Source of the DNA: an uncultured Elusimicrobia bacterium
GTDB lineage: Bacteria > Elusimicrobiota > Endomicrobiia > DTEH01
Direction of reading: 5' to 3'
Assembly (NCBI GenBank): GCA_964561135.1
Contig: CAZLOB010000022.1
Span: 5,718 to 69,717 of the forward strand
Length of the DNA: 64,000 nt
The notes beneath the pieces were generated by a model. It saw only the letters and a list, made by a program, of their open reading frames with translations. It had not been told where the DNA came from and made no database searches. The first letter of the stretch is position 1; each line of letters starts with the position of its first letter. The position numbers and the translations under genes were made by a program. Positions 21,690 to 31,590 of this stretch are shown here, one piece after another.

Positions 21690-23411
21690 ATGAAAAAGAA
21701 AGTTGTTAAGACAGGTGCTGAAATTTTTGTTGAAACCTTAGAAAAAGAAGGTGTAGAAATAATGTTTGGTATTCCAGGTGGTGCAGTGTTACCTATTTTT
21801 GACAGGTTATACGATTCAAAAAAAATAAAATTTGTATTAACTCGGCATGAACAAGCTGCTGCACACATGGCAGACGGGTACGCACGTGCTACTGGCAAAG
21901 TAGGTGTATGTATTGCTACTTCTGGACCTGGTGCTACAAATCTTACCACAGGTATTGCTACTGCATATATGGATTCTGTACCAATAGTAGCGTTTACAGG
22001 GCAAGTTGCGACACATCTTATTGGGAATGATGCGTTCCAAGAAGCGGATACAACCGGTATCACAAGACCTATAACAAAACATAATTATTTAGTAAAAGAT
22101 GTGAAAGAATTAGCAAGAACTATAAGAGAAGCATTTTATATTGCATCTACAGGACGGCCCGGACCTGTGTTAATCGACTTACCTGTAGATGTACAACGTG
22201 CAACAACTGAATTTATTTGGCCAACAGAAATTGAAATACCATCATATAAACCAACTTACAAAGGTCATCCTCTACAAATAAAAAAGCTTGCAGAAGCAAT
22301 TAATTCTGCAAAAAGGCCTGTATTGTATGTAGGAGGTGGTGTTGTAATTTCTAACGCTTGTGATGAACTAAAACGTCTTGCTGAACTGTGTCAAATACCT
22401 GTTACTACAACACTTATGGCTATTGGCAGTTTTCCACCAAACCATGAACTTTATTTAGGTATGCTTGGTATGCACGGTACTGTATATGCAAATTTAAGTA
22501 TGCAAAATGCTGACCTAATTATTGCTGTGGGTGCAAGGTTTGATGATAGATGTACAGGTAAACTTGCTGCATTTGCTCCTAAAGCAAATCATATTGCACA
22601 TGTTGATATTGACCCTACAAGTATTTCTAAAAATGTTGTAGCTGATATTCCCGTTGTAGGTGATTGTAAGACAGTACTACAAGACTTGTTAAAGCTTGTA
22701 AAACCTAAAAAACATACTGAATGGTTAAAGCAAATTGAAGAATGGAAAAAGAAATATCCTTTAACTTATAAAAACGACGAAAAATTAAGACCACAATATA
22801 TAATTGAAGAAATTTCAAAATTAACAAAAGGTGATGCAATCCTTGTAACAGAAGTAGGTCAACACCAGATGTGGTCTGCACAATATTATAAACCAAACGG
22901 GCCAAGAAAATTTTTGTCATCAGGTGGGTTAGGGACCATGGGTTTTGGATTCCCAGCAGGTATTGGAGCAAAGTTTGGTAAACCTGATCAAACAGTTATA
23001 GTTATTGCAGGCGATGGTTCGTTCCAAATGAACATACAAGAATTATCCACTGCCGTGGTTAACAAAATTAATATTATTGTTTGTATAATGAACAATGGAT
23101 ATTTAGGTATGGTTCGTCAATGGCAAGAATTGTTTTATAACAAAAGATATTCACAAATATATTTATGTACAAGGAAGTCAGGCAAACTAACCTGCGAACC
23201 AATACCTGATTTTGTAGAAGTTGCAAAAGCGTATAAAGCTGAAGGATTTAGAGTAACTAAAAAAGAAGAAGTTGTGCCAACATTAAAAAAAGCTTTTGAA
23301 ATAAAAGATAAACCTGTGATAATCGATTTTTGGATTGAACCAGAAGAAAATGTATTCCCTATGGTTCCTGCAGGCGCGTCATTAGATGAAGTTATTACAA
23401 GCCTAGCATAA
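21690..23411 (+). CDS. ilvB: acetolactate synthase large (catalytic) subunit
   Basis: ThDP enzyme motifs GGLGTMGFGFPAGIGA and GDGSFQMN over the full length. An AAGGAG RBS lies upstream. Confidence 0.9.
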   Translation: MKKKVVKTGAEIFVETLEKEGVEIMFGIPGGAVLPIFDRLYDSKKIKFVLTRHEQAAAHMADGYARATGKVGVCIATSGPGATNLTTGIATAYMDSVPIVAFTGQVATHLIGNDAFQEADTTGITRPITKHNYLVKDVKELARTIREAFYIASTGRPGPVLIDLPVDVQRATTEFIWPTEIEIPSYKPTYKGHPLQIKKLAEAINSAKRPVLYVGGGVVISNACDELKRLAELCQIPVTTTLMAIGSFPPNHELYLGMLGMHGTVYANLSMQNADLIIAVGARFDDRCTGKLAAFAPKANHIAHVDIDPTSISKNVVADIPVVGDCKTVLQDLLKLVKPKKHTEWLKQIEEWKKKYPLTYKNDEKLRPQYIIEEISKLTKGDAILVTEVGQHQMWSAQYYKPNGPRKFLSSGGLGTMGFGFPAGIGAKFGKPDQTVIVIAGDGSFQMNIQELSTAVVNKINIIVCIMNNGYLGMVRQWQELFYNKRYSQIYLCTRKSGKLTCEPIPDFVEVAKAYKAEGFRVTKKEEVVPTLKKAFEIKDKPVIIDFWIEPEENVFPMVPAGASLDEVITSLA

Positions 23412-23423
23412 AAAGGAGGTTAA

Positions 23424-24374
23424 ATGTACACAAATCTTATTGATGGTAACAAAATTGCCCAAAGGATAAAAGATGAAATTGTTCAACAATTGAACGAAAT
23501 AAAAACAAAATTTTCTTTAATACCAAAAGTTGTTTCAATTATTGTTGGTGAAAACCCTGCTACAAAAGTATATGTAAACACACAATGTAAAATTTGTCAA
23601 GAACTCGGTATTAATATTGAAATATTATCGTTACAGTCAGATATAACTGAGAAAGAACTTGAACAAAGAATTGAAGAACTTAACAACGATAAAAATGTTA
23701 ATGCTATAATGCTTAATTTGCCACTTCCACAACATCTAAATCCAAGAAAATTACAAAACAAAATTTCGTCATCAAAAGATATTGAAGGAGTTACTGCAGA
23801 AAATTTAGGTAAACTTTTTTATGCAGAAACGCCTCCTGTCGTTGCACCATGTACAGCATTAGCTGTTATAGAATGTTTAAAAGAGACAAAAATTGAGCTT
23901 AAAGGTAAAGAAGTTGTTATTGTTGGACATTCAGAAATTGTTGGAAAACCAGTACTTATTTTGCTTCTTTCATCACTTTTTAACTCACCAACACCTACTG
24001 TCTGCCATATCGCAACAAAAAATCTTGCTGAACACACAAAAAATGCTGATGTTTTAATTGTAGCTGTTGGGAAGCCTAACTTGATTACTGCAGACATGGT
24101 AAAAGAAGGTGTGGTTGTAATAGATGTTGGTATAAATAAAGTAAAAATCTTGGATGAAAACGGTAAAGAAGTTATTGATGAAAAAACTGGAAAACCAAAA
24201 ACAAAAATTGTTGGTGATGTAGATTTTGAAAATGTATCAAAAAAGGCTTTGTTTATAACACCTGTACCTGGTGGTGTCGGTCCTGTAACTTCTTGTATTT
24301 TAGTAAAAAATTTAGTAAATTTAATAAAATTACAACTTGGATTACCTGTAGAAGGATACAAAATTTTTAATTAA
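23424..24374 (+). CDS. folD: bifunctional methylenetetrahydrofolate dehydrogenase / methenyl-THF cyclohydrolase
   Basis: PATKVYV, LPLPQHL, TPVPGGVGPVT and an AGGAGG RBS. It has an insertion of about 15 aa (KILDENGKEVIDEKTGKPK) before GDVDF. Confidence 0.9.
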   Translation: MYTNLIDGNKIAQRIKDEIVQQLNEIKTKFSLIPKVVSIIVGENPATKVYVNTQCKICQELGINIEILSLQSDITEKELEQRIEELNNDKNVNAIMLNLPLPQHLNPRKLQNKISSSKDIEGVTAENLGKLFYAETPPVVAPCTALAVIECLKETKIELKGKEVVIVGHSEIVGKPVLILLLSSLFNSPTPTVCHIATKNLAEHTKNADVLIVAVGKPNLITADMVKEGVVVIDVGINKVKILDENGKEVIDEKTGKPKTKIVGDVDFENVSKKALFITPVPGGVGPVTSCILVKNLVNLIKLQLGLPVEGYKIFN

Positions 24375-24396
24375 ACTTGTAAACTTATAAAAAGCT

Positions 24397-25353
24397 ATGA
24401 ACTATGAACCTTATGTAGAAAAATGGTCTGCTGAAATAATTGAAGTTACAATAGGTGCAACAAGTCAGGATGGTGGTACAAGAAGTAAAGTTTTAAAAGT
24501 AGGTGGAGCAAAAACTTTACCTTTTTTAAATTTTGAAGGTGGTTCATCTAACAAACCGGCTGTCGTAGCTGAAGTTGTTGATTATTTACCTGAAGAGCTT
24601 TGGCCAATTTTCTATGAGAACTTAAAAGATATTGTATCTGATCCAATAAAATGGATAAAAGAAGTTGAAAAATTACAGCCTGATGCAATATGTATAAGAT
24701 TGTTATCATGCCATCCTGATATAAAAAACAATTCAGTTGATTATATTAAATCTTTTATACCTGAAGTTTTAAAAACAACTTCTTTACCACTTATAATTCT
24801 AGGTTGTGAACATATAGAACGTGATACAGAAATACTACCTGTTGTATGCGAACTTACAAAAGGGGAAAAAATTCTTGTAGGTATGGCAGTAAAAGAAAAC
24901 TATAAAACAATATCTTTATCAGCGTTTGCTTGTGGACATTCAGTAATTGCTCAAACACCACTTGATATAAATTTGGCTAAACAACTTAATATTTTAATAA
25001 ATGATGCTGGTGTCCCTCTCGACAGAATTGTTATGCATCATACAACTGGTGGGTTAGGCTATGGGTTTGAATATTGTTATTCTATTATGGAACGTTGTAG
25101 ACTTGCTGGCTTACAAGGTGATAGTGTAATGGCTACACCTATTATAAACCTTGTTGGAGAAGAAACTTGGAAAACAAAAGAAGCTAAAGCTACAGTTGAA
25201 GAAGAACCTCTCTGGGGAAATGATACAATAAAAAGGGGAATTATGTGGGAAACAACTACTGCGTTTGGTTACCTTCAAGCAGGAAGTGATATAGTTGTAT
25301 TAGTTCATCCTGAAAGTATTAAAAATGTGAAATCTTTTTTAAGTCAAACATAA
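24397..25353 (+). CDS. acsD: AcsD/CdhD-like protein (corrinoid iron-sulfur protein small subunit family)
   Basis: Collinear similarity, from memory, to Moorella AcsD: GATSQDGGTRS.., LPFLNFEG, PLDINLAKQLNILIN, GGLGYGFEYCYSIMERCRL, RGIMWE. Confidence 0.7.
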   Translation: MNYEPYVEKWSAEIIEVTIGATSQDGGTRSKVLKVGGAKTLPFLNFEGGSSNKPAVVAEVVDYLPEELWPIFYENLKDIVSDPIKWIKEVEKLQPDAICIRLLSCHPDIKNNSVDYIKSFIPEVLKTTSLPLIILGCEHIERDTEILPVVCELTKGEKILVGMAVKENYKTISLSAFACGHSVIAQTPLDINLAKQLNILINDAGVPLDRIVMHHTTGGLGYGFEYCYSIMERCRLAGLQGDSVMATPIINLVGEETWKTKEAKATVEEEPLWGNDTIKRGIMWETTTAFGYLQAGSDIVVLVHPESIKNVKSFLSQT

Positions 25354-25381
25354 TAATAAAATCTCTTCTTTTCTAAACTTT

Positions 25382-26041
25382 ATGATAGATAAAAAATTTA
25401 TAAAGGGCATAATAGAAACACTAATTTTTATCGCAGATAAACCGTTAAGTATATCAAAGATTGTAGAACTTATCAACGAGCCCGAAGTTGATGAATCTGT
25501 CGTTAAAGAATTAATAACTGATTTGCAAACAGAATATATAAACCGTTCTGCAATAGAAATAAGAGAAGTTGCTGGTGGCTACCAGATGGCTACAAAACCT
25601 GAATTCTCAGAATATGTAAGAAGGTTATATCAAGATAGGACATTGTTAAGACTATCTCCTGCTGCTGTTGAAACATTAGCAATCATCGCTTATAAACAAC
25701 CTATAACAAAAGCAGAAATAGAAGAAATACGCGGTGTTGATTGTACAACTGTGTTAGAAACACTTCTTCAACGTAGACTTATAAAAATTGTTGGTAGAAA
25801 AGAAGTTGTTGGTAAACCGTTATTGTACGGTACGACACAAGAATTTTTAAAATATTTTGGGATAAACTCACTTAATGATCTACCACCTATTGAACAATTT
25901 GTTGAACAAGCAACACAAGAACAACTTCCAACTCAAGAAAATGTAGAAACTGTAGGTACAGAACCTACAATATCAATTTCGACAAGCGAAGTAACTGTTG
26001 ACCAAACGACATCTGCCCAAAATGATAAACAGCAAGAATAA
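25382..26041 (+). CDS. scpB: segregation and condensation protein B
   Basis: Winged-helix ScpB pattern (IETLIFIADKPLS, ETLAIIAYKQPITKAEIEEIRGV, GKPLLYGTT) with an acidic, Thr/Gln-rich tail. Confidence 0.9.
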   Translation: MIDKKFIKGIIETLIFIADKPLSISKIVELINEPEVDESVVKELITDLQTEYINRSAIEIREVAGGYQMATKPEFSEYVRRLYQDRTLLRLSPAAVETLAIIAYKQPITKAEIEEIRGVDCTTVLETLLQRRLIKIVGRKEVVGKPLLYGTTQEFLKYFGINSLNDLPPIEQFVEQATQEQLPTQENVETVGTEPTISISTSEVTVDQTTSAQNDKQQE

Positions 26042-26981
26042 TTTAGGTATTTCAACTATTTACTTTTATAAAGAAATCGTTAAAAGAAGCATTAATTGGC
26101 AACAAATTAAAGAGAAATTGTACCAACTTGGTTTATCCGCTGTAGAACTTAACGCTGATGTACCTATTGAATGGTTTAAAGAAATACAAAAAGATGTAAA
26201 TGAAGGCGAAATAAGAATTCTTTCTTTACACAATTTTTGTCCTTCAGTAGAAAATATTCCTAAAGGAAAGTATGGTTTTAATGCATTTTCTTTAACATCT
26301 ACTGATGAAGAAGAACATAAACTTGCAATAAAGTATACATTAAGAACTATTGATTATGCACAAATTGTTAACAGTAATATCGTAGTAGTACATTTAGGCG
26401 AAATTGTGACACAACCTTCTTCAGACGAAGTATACAAAATTGCTAAAGAATTTGGACCCACTTCAGAAATTTATCAAAAATATAAACAATCACTAATATC
26501 CTCTCGGTTACAAAACAAACAAAAATATTTTGATTTGTTAAAAAAAACAATTGATATAATTCTACCTTATGCAGAAAGTAAAAAAGTTAGTATTTGTATA
26601 GAAACACGGTTTTTCCCTAACGAAATACCTAATTTTGAAGAGTTTGCTGAAATTTTTGAATGTTATAAAAATGATTATTTACGCTACTGGCACGATTTTG
26701 GACATGTAGAGATACAAACAATTTTTGATTTTGAAAAAGGACATAAAATATTTTTTGATACATATGGAAACTACTTATCTGGGTATCATATACATGGGGT
26801 AAAAAATTTTGTCGACCATTTTGTTCCATTACCAGAAACACAACCCGATTATAAAAAATTGTTAAACTATCAAGAAAACAAGATATATGTATTAGAAGTA
26901 CATCCAAAAGAAAGTTTTGATAATCTAATTAAAGGAGTAAAATATATAAAATCGTTACTTAACGGAGGACGAAATGCGTGA
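26022..26981 (+). CDS. xylose-isomerase-like TIM-barrel protein (sugar phosphate isomerase/epimerase family)
   Basis: This is a general family resemblance only (VELNAD.., VVVHLG, ICIET, HDFGH pattern). I chose the start at ATG 26022 instead of the TTG at 25998. Confidence 0.55.
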   Translation: MINSKNNLGISTIYFYKEIVKRSINWQQIKEKLYQLGLSAVELNADVPIEWFKEIQKDVNEGEIRILSLHNFCPSVENIPKGKYGFNAFSLTSTDEEEHKLAIKYTLRTIDYAQIVNSNIVVVHLGEIVTQPSSDEVYKIAKEFGPTSEIYQKYKQSLISSRLQNKQKYFDLLKKTIDIILPYAESKKVSICIETRFFPNEIPNFEEFAEIFECYKNDYLRYWHDFGHVEIQTIFDFEKGHKIFFDTYGNYLSGYHIHGVKNFVDHFVPLPETQPDYKKLLNYQENKIYVLEVHPKESFDNLIKGVKYIKSLLNGGRNA

Positions 26982-27969
26982 ATTTCGTCGCGATCTTATA
27001 ACAGGTAGGTGGATAATAATATCCACAGAACGAGCAAAACGACCATTCGCTTTTGTTAAATACCCACGTGAAATTGACGATGTTGATACATGTCCATTTT
27101 GTTCGGGCAACGAAAAATTTACACCGCCGGAAATTGTTGCCTATAGACCACAAAATACGCAAAAAGATACTCCTGGGTGGCAAGTAAGAACCATACCAAA
27201 CAAGTATCCAGCATTACGTGTTGAAGGTGAAGTTATAAAATCTGCCTGTGGTATATACGATTGTATTACAGGTATAGGAGCTCATGAAGTTATTATAGAA
27301 ACGCCACACCATGATAAGGATATCTACCAACTTGAACTAAACAATATTATTGATATTTTTAGAATGTATAAAGAGAGGATTGAAGATCTTAAACGTGATA
27401 TAAGATTTGAATATATATTAGTATTTAAAAACTGTGGAAAAAATGCTGGTGCTACACTATCACACCCTCATTCACAACTTATTGCATTACCTATGATACC
27501 AATAATAATCCAACAAGAACTTGAAGGTGCCAAAAAATATTATGAATTTAAAGAACGATGTGTGTATTGTGACATAATTAACGAAGAATTAAAAACTAAC
27601 TTGCGTGTTGTAACAGAAAATGATGATTTTATAGCAATATGTCCGTATGCAAGTAGATTTCCGTTTGAAGTTTGGATTTTACCAAAACGACATGACCCTA
27701 TGTACGAAGATATACATTATAACGAACTTAAAAATTTAGCTTCTATTATGAAAATTATTAATAGGAAATTAAATCTAGCTTTAGAAAATCCACCGTATAA
27801 CTATTTACTTCACACTTCTCCTTTGAAACATTCTAATTTACATCATTATCATTGGCATATAGAAATTATTCCAATACTGACAGGAATAGGCGGATTTGAA
27901 TGGGGGACAGGGTTTTATATTAATCCTGTTGAACCAGAAGAAGCAACAAAGTTTCTACAACAAACATGA
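26974..27969 (+). CDS. galT: GalT-like HIT-family hexose-1-phosphate nucleotidyltransferase
   Basis: Zn knuckle CPFCSGNE and active-site motif HPHSQLIALP. At about 330 aa it matches the COG1085-type enzyme. The substrate is not inferable. Confidence 0.75.
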   Translation: MREFRRDLITGRWIIISTERAKRPFAFVKYPREIDDVDTCPFCSGNEKFTPPEIVAYRPQNTQKDTPGWQVRTIPNKYPALRVEGEVIKSACGIYDCITGIGAHEVIIETPHHDKDIYQLELNNIIDIFRMYKERIEDLKRDIRFEYILVFKNCGKNAGATLSHPHSQLIALPMIPIIIQQELEGAKKYYEFKERCVYCDIINEELKTNLRVVTENDDFIAICPYASRFPFEVWILPKRHDPMYEDIHYNELKNLASIMKIINRKLNLALENPPYNYLLHTSPLKHSNLHHYHWHIEIIPILTGIGGFEWGTGFYINPVEPEEATKFLQQT

Positions 27970-30149
27970 GCCAAGAAAAAAATCTTATTGACCAACTACT
28001 GAGAACTTTTAAAATGACAATAATAAATATAAAAATTTACCCTATTAACAACCCGTTGATAGAAAAACAGATTTCTGAACTATTTGCTGTTTTAAAACAA
28101 ATTTTGCAAAAAGAAACAATTTTAACAATCTCAGAAATCGATAATAAAATATTTATAAACGACAAAGAGTATTTAGGGAAAGATCCTACATCTATTGCAA
28201 ACATAACTTCTATTACACAATTTTTTTTACAAACAGGGATTAAAAGTATAACTTTTAAAAAAGAAATTGAGTTAGACGAACTTAAAAACTTACTTTTAGC
28301 AATGTCTATCAAAAAACCTAAAGTATCAACCAAAGAAATTGTTAACCAGATAATTAAAGAAAAAAATATAAAAAATATTGCTATTGATGAAATTGAATAT
28401 ATTACAATAACAAAATCTGACCAAACAGCAAAATCAATCTTAAATCTTATTTCACAACCTGTATCAAATTTGTCAGAACTTATCAACATATTAGGAACAA
28501 GTTTTAATGAACTTGATAAAATCAAAGATGAAAAAACTAAAAAAAATCTTACTGACGCTATTGTAAAATACTTGTCATCATTGGATATTAATCTTATAAA
28601 AGAGTTGTTTATTCAACCATTACCACAAAAAATTGAACAAACCGGTATCAAACAATTGTTGTTTAATAAACTAACGAAACAAACTGTTGAAGAAATTTTT
28701 AACGAAATAATATCTTGGTGTAAACAACTAAAATCAAAAGTTGAAAGTGAAACTGAATATATTGAACAACTACAAAATTTGAAAGAGTTTATAAAACTTG
28801 TAATAAACTCGCCTGTAAGTAAACTTGTGCCGATAGAAGTTTTTGAAGAATTGTTTAAAATAGGACTTATTGACGCACTACCTGAATGGATATTAGAACA
28901 AAAAAAAGAAAAAAAATCGTGGATTGCACAACTTGACGAGTTGTTGTCCACTAACGAACCAGTAAAATTGTTACAAGAAAAATTTTTAGATAATTTACAA
29001 GAGAATATAGAAAAGTTATGTTTAATTGGTCTTGACGATAAACTTGATAGATTAGTATATTTAATGACAGAAAATTTTTCAAATCCTATAGTGAAACTTA
29101 GACAACTCGCAGCATCTACTACTGAAAATATTGCGAAACAGTTAACAAAGTTTCAAAAAGGAAAAATTGCAAAAAATCTTGTAAGCAACATTTTAAAATT
29201 TTTAATAAAAGAACAAGATGAAACTGTAGTTAAATTACAAATACAAGCCCTTGAACACTCATTGTGTTGTTTAATAATCAATGATGACTATAAATCGTTT
29301 GTTGAATATTCACAACAATTATTACAATTTGCTGAAGAACTCATAAAAGTTAATCCTGAAAAATCAAAGTTAATTTATTTTTTACTTGATAAAGTTTATC
29401 AACAAACTAAAGATTTTATATTATCAGATTTAGCAGATCCTAAAGACAACCTTAATGAAATTATATGGTTTTTAACTTATGTAGCAGAACAATCTATTGA
29501 TATTTTGTTGTCTGCAATCATGAATACAAACAACATAAATATAACCAATATTTTAGTAAAAGTTCTGTTATCATTAAAAGATCAAAAACAAGTAATAGAT
29601 TCTATTGAACAACTTATTGTGCCTCAAACTCCTGTATATAAACTTAGCAAAATTTTAGAAATACTACCAAAATTTGACTATGATTTTTCTAATTCACTAA
29701 GAAATCTTTATAATTACACAAACTATGCTAACAAAATCGCTATATTAAATTATATCCAAGAAAGACCTACAGAAGAAAACCTACAATGGCTTACATCTTT
29801 ATTAACGATAGAAGACCCTCAAATACTTCAGTATATTATTGACATACTAACATTTTTAGATTACAAACCCGCTGCAGAAAAAATTATTAAATTGTTAAAA
29901 ATGAAAGATATAGATGTTAAAAAACGTGTGTGTATATCTGTTGGTATGCTGAAATATATTGGCGCAATAAAAAAACTTAAAAAAATACTTAAATCAAAAA
30001 AAGAAAATATAGATGTACGTATAGCAGCATGTTGGTCATTAGGTAATTTTATAACTTTACCAGAAGTAAAATCTTATTTACAGAATGTTGCCAAAAAAAT
30101 AAAAGAACCTACAATTTTAAATGTAATACAAGAAATACTAAACAAATAA
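27966..30149 (+). CDS. large uncharacterised protein with C-terminal HEAT/PBS-lyase-like repeats
   Basis: 727 aa and predicted helical throughout. The C-terminal repeats follow the pattern AAEKIIKLLK..DIDVKKRV / ..NIDVRIAACWSLG. The start overlaps the galT-like stop as ATGA. Confidence 0.55.
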   Translation: MSQEKNLIDQLLRTFKMTIINIKIYPINNPLIEKQISELFAVLKQILQKETILTISEIDNKIFINDKEYLGKDPTSIANITSITQFFLQTGIKSITFKKEIELDELKNLLLAMSIKKPKVSTKEIVNQIIKEKNIKNIAIDEIEYITITKSDQTAKSILNLISQPVSNLSELINILGTSFNELDKIKDEKTKKNLTDAIVKYLSSLDINLIKELFIQPLPQKIEQTGIKQLLFNKLTKQTVEEIFNEIISWCKQLKSKVESETEYIEQLQNLKEFIKLVINSPVSKLVPIEVFEELFKIGLIDALPEWILEQKKEKKSWIAQLDELLSTNEPVKLLQEKFLDNLQENIEKLCLIGLDDKLDRLVYLMTENFSNPIVKLRQLAASTTENIAKQLTKFQKGKIAKNLVSNILKFLIKEQDETVVKLQIQALEHSLCCLIINDDYKSFVEYSQQLLQFAEELIKVNPEKSKLIYFLLDKVYQQTKDFILSDLADPKDNLNEIIWFLTYVAEQSIDILLSAIMNTNNINITNILVKVLLSLKDQKQVIDSIEQLIVPQTPVYKLSKILEILPKFDYDFSNSLRNLYNYTNYANKIAILNYIQERPTEENLQWLTSLLTIEDPQILQYIIDILTFLDYKPAAEKIIKLLKMKDIDVKKRVCISVGMLKYIGAIKKLKKILKSKKENIDVRIAACWSLGNFITLPEVKSYLQNVAKKIKEPTILNVIQEILNK

Positions 30150-30150
30150 A

Positions 30151-30699
30151 ATGTTAAAAATTTTGTTGTTAATTTATATATTTTACAACTACATCTTCTC
30201 TCAACAAAATACCAACTTGATACAAAACAAATTCATTGATTTTGAGCTTCCATCTATATCAACATACAATATAAAACTGTCAGATCTTGTAGGTAAAAAA
30301 CTTATTTTATTAAACTTTTGGACAACATGGTGCCCATATTGTAAACAAGAAATTCCACGTCTTATAACACTCGCTAATAAATATAAAGATAAAAATTTAG
30401 AAATAATTGGAATCAATATTCGTGAACCAGAAAAAATGGTTAAAAAGTTTGCAGAAAATAAACAAATAAATTATACAATTGTATTAGATACAGCAGCAGT
30501 AGTTGCAAAAAAATACAATATCAAAGGAATACCAACAAATTTTATTATAAACAAAGAAGGGAATATAGTTTTTGTAGGGCCCTTACTACCTACCGAAGAA
30601 ATTATAATTAAAAATTTAATTGAGTTTGAGAAAAAAGAAGTAGAAACAAATAAAAAGAGAAAAAAAAGATTAAAGGGAAAAACCAAGATTGTCTATTAA
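30151..30699 (+). CDS. TlpA/ResA-like thiol-disulfide oxidoreductase (exported thioredoxin fold)
   Basis: Hydrophobic N-terminus, CxxC motif WTTWCPYC, and a GIPTNFII pattern. The C-terminal tail is Lys-rich. Confidence 0.75.
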   Translation: MLKILLLIYIFYNYIFSQQNTNLIQNKFIDFELPSISTYNIKLSDLVGKKLILLNFWTTWCPYCKQEIPRLITLANKYKDKNLEIIGINIREPEKMVKKFAENKQINYTIVLDTAAVVAKKYNIKGIPTNFIINKEGNIVFVGPLLPTEEIIIKNLIEFEKKEVETNKKRKKRLKGKTKIVY

Positions 30700-31590
30700 T
30701 CGTGTAGAACCTAAATACATTGCAACAAAAATTCTTAATTTCTTTCCTTTAGGTATTTTTGAAATTCTGTCATCTATTGGAAACAAATCTTCATCATAAA
30801 CTTCAAAATATTGTATTTTATGTCTTACTCCAACTAATAGATTGCGCAAATATTTTTTTGATACTTCTATACATTTTTTTATACTATCATATCTTCTTTC
30901 AGAGATCAGATCTTTGCAATATAGAAGAGATTTATATATAGAAGATGCTACTTTTCTTTCTATTTTTGTAAGATAAGTGTTCCTACTTGAACACGCAAGA
31001 CCGTCTTCTTCACGAACTGTACCCACAGGAATTATTTCTATATCAAAATTTAAATCTTTAACCATTTGTTGGATTATCTTTAATTGTTGATAGTCTTTTT
31101 CACCAAAATATGCTCTGTGTGGTTTAACAATGTTAAACAATTTTGTCACTACAGTACAAACACCTCTAAAATGTCCGGGCCTGTACTTACCACAAAGAAT
31201 GTCTTGTAGCTTTTCTACTTCTACAAAAGTAAGAATTCTTTTTTCATTATCATCTTTGGACTTTAAACTTTGAACTAACTTTTTACTTACAGGGTACATC
31301 TCATTAACTTCTGGGTAAAAAACATAATCAACATTGTTTTCTCTACAAATTTTTAAATCTTGTTTAATAGGTCTTGGATATTTTTTATAATCTTCTTTAG
31401 GCCCAAATTGTATAGGATTAACAAAAATTGAAACCACAACAACATCATTTTCTCTTTTTGCTTTTTTAATAAGTTCCAAATGCCCTTTATGTAATGCACC
31501 CATTGTTGGAACAAAACCTATTATTTTATTTTGCTTGCGTAAAAAATCAGCAATTTTTTGCATCTGTTTTATTTTTTTTATAACTTTCAT
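30670..31590 (-). CDS. panC: pantoate--beta-alanine ligase
   Basis: GFVPTMGALHKGH, FGEKDYQQ and SSRN motifs. The exact start is uncertain because of upstream Met codons. Confidence 0.9.
   Translation of the reverse strand: MKVIKKIKQMQKIADFLRKQNKIIGFVPTMGALHKGHLELIKKAKRENDVVVVSIFVNPIQFGPKEDYKKYPRPIKQDLKICRENNVDYVFYPEVNEMYPVSKKLVQSLKSKDDNEKRILTFVEVEKLQDILCGKYRPGHFRGVCTVVTKLFNIVKPHRAYFGEKDYQQLKIIQQMVKDLNFDIEIIPVGTVREEDGLACSSRNTYLTKIERKVASSIYKSLLYCKDLISERRYDSIKKCIEVSKKYLRNLLVGVRHKIQYFEVYDEDLFPIDDRISKIPKGKKLRIFVAMYLGSTRLIDNLGFSL

Noticed and set aside
21155-22082. Two 139-aa ORFs and one 81-aa minus-strand ORF over the GT4 and ilvB genes.
   Set aside because: They are antisense to well-supported genes and have no motifs. 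They are explained by local depletion of stop codons opposite Gly/Ala/Pro-rich coding sequence.
23819-24361. A 180-aa minus-strand ORF antisense to folD.
   Set aside because: It lies entirely within folD, which has clear homology. The antisense product has no recognisable motifs, so this is a typical antisense shadow frame.
30670-30699. A 30-nt convergent 3' overlap between the TlpA-like gene and panC.
   Set aside because: This is probably a consequence of the Lys-rich tail of the TlpA-like ORF in a compact genome. I see no evidence of regulatory significance.
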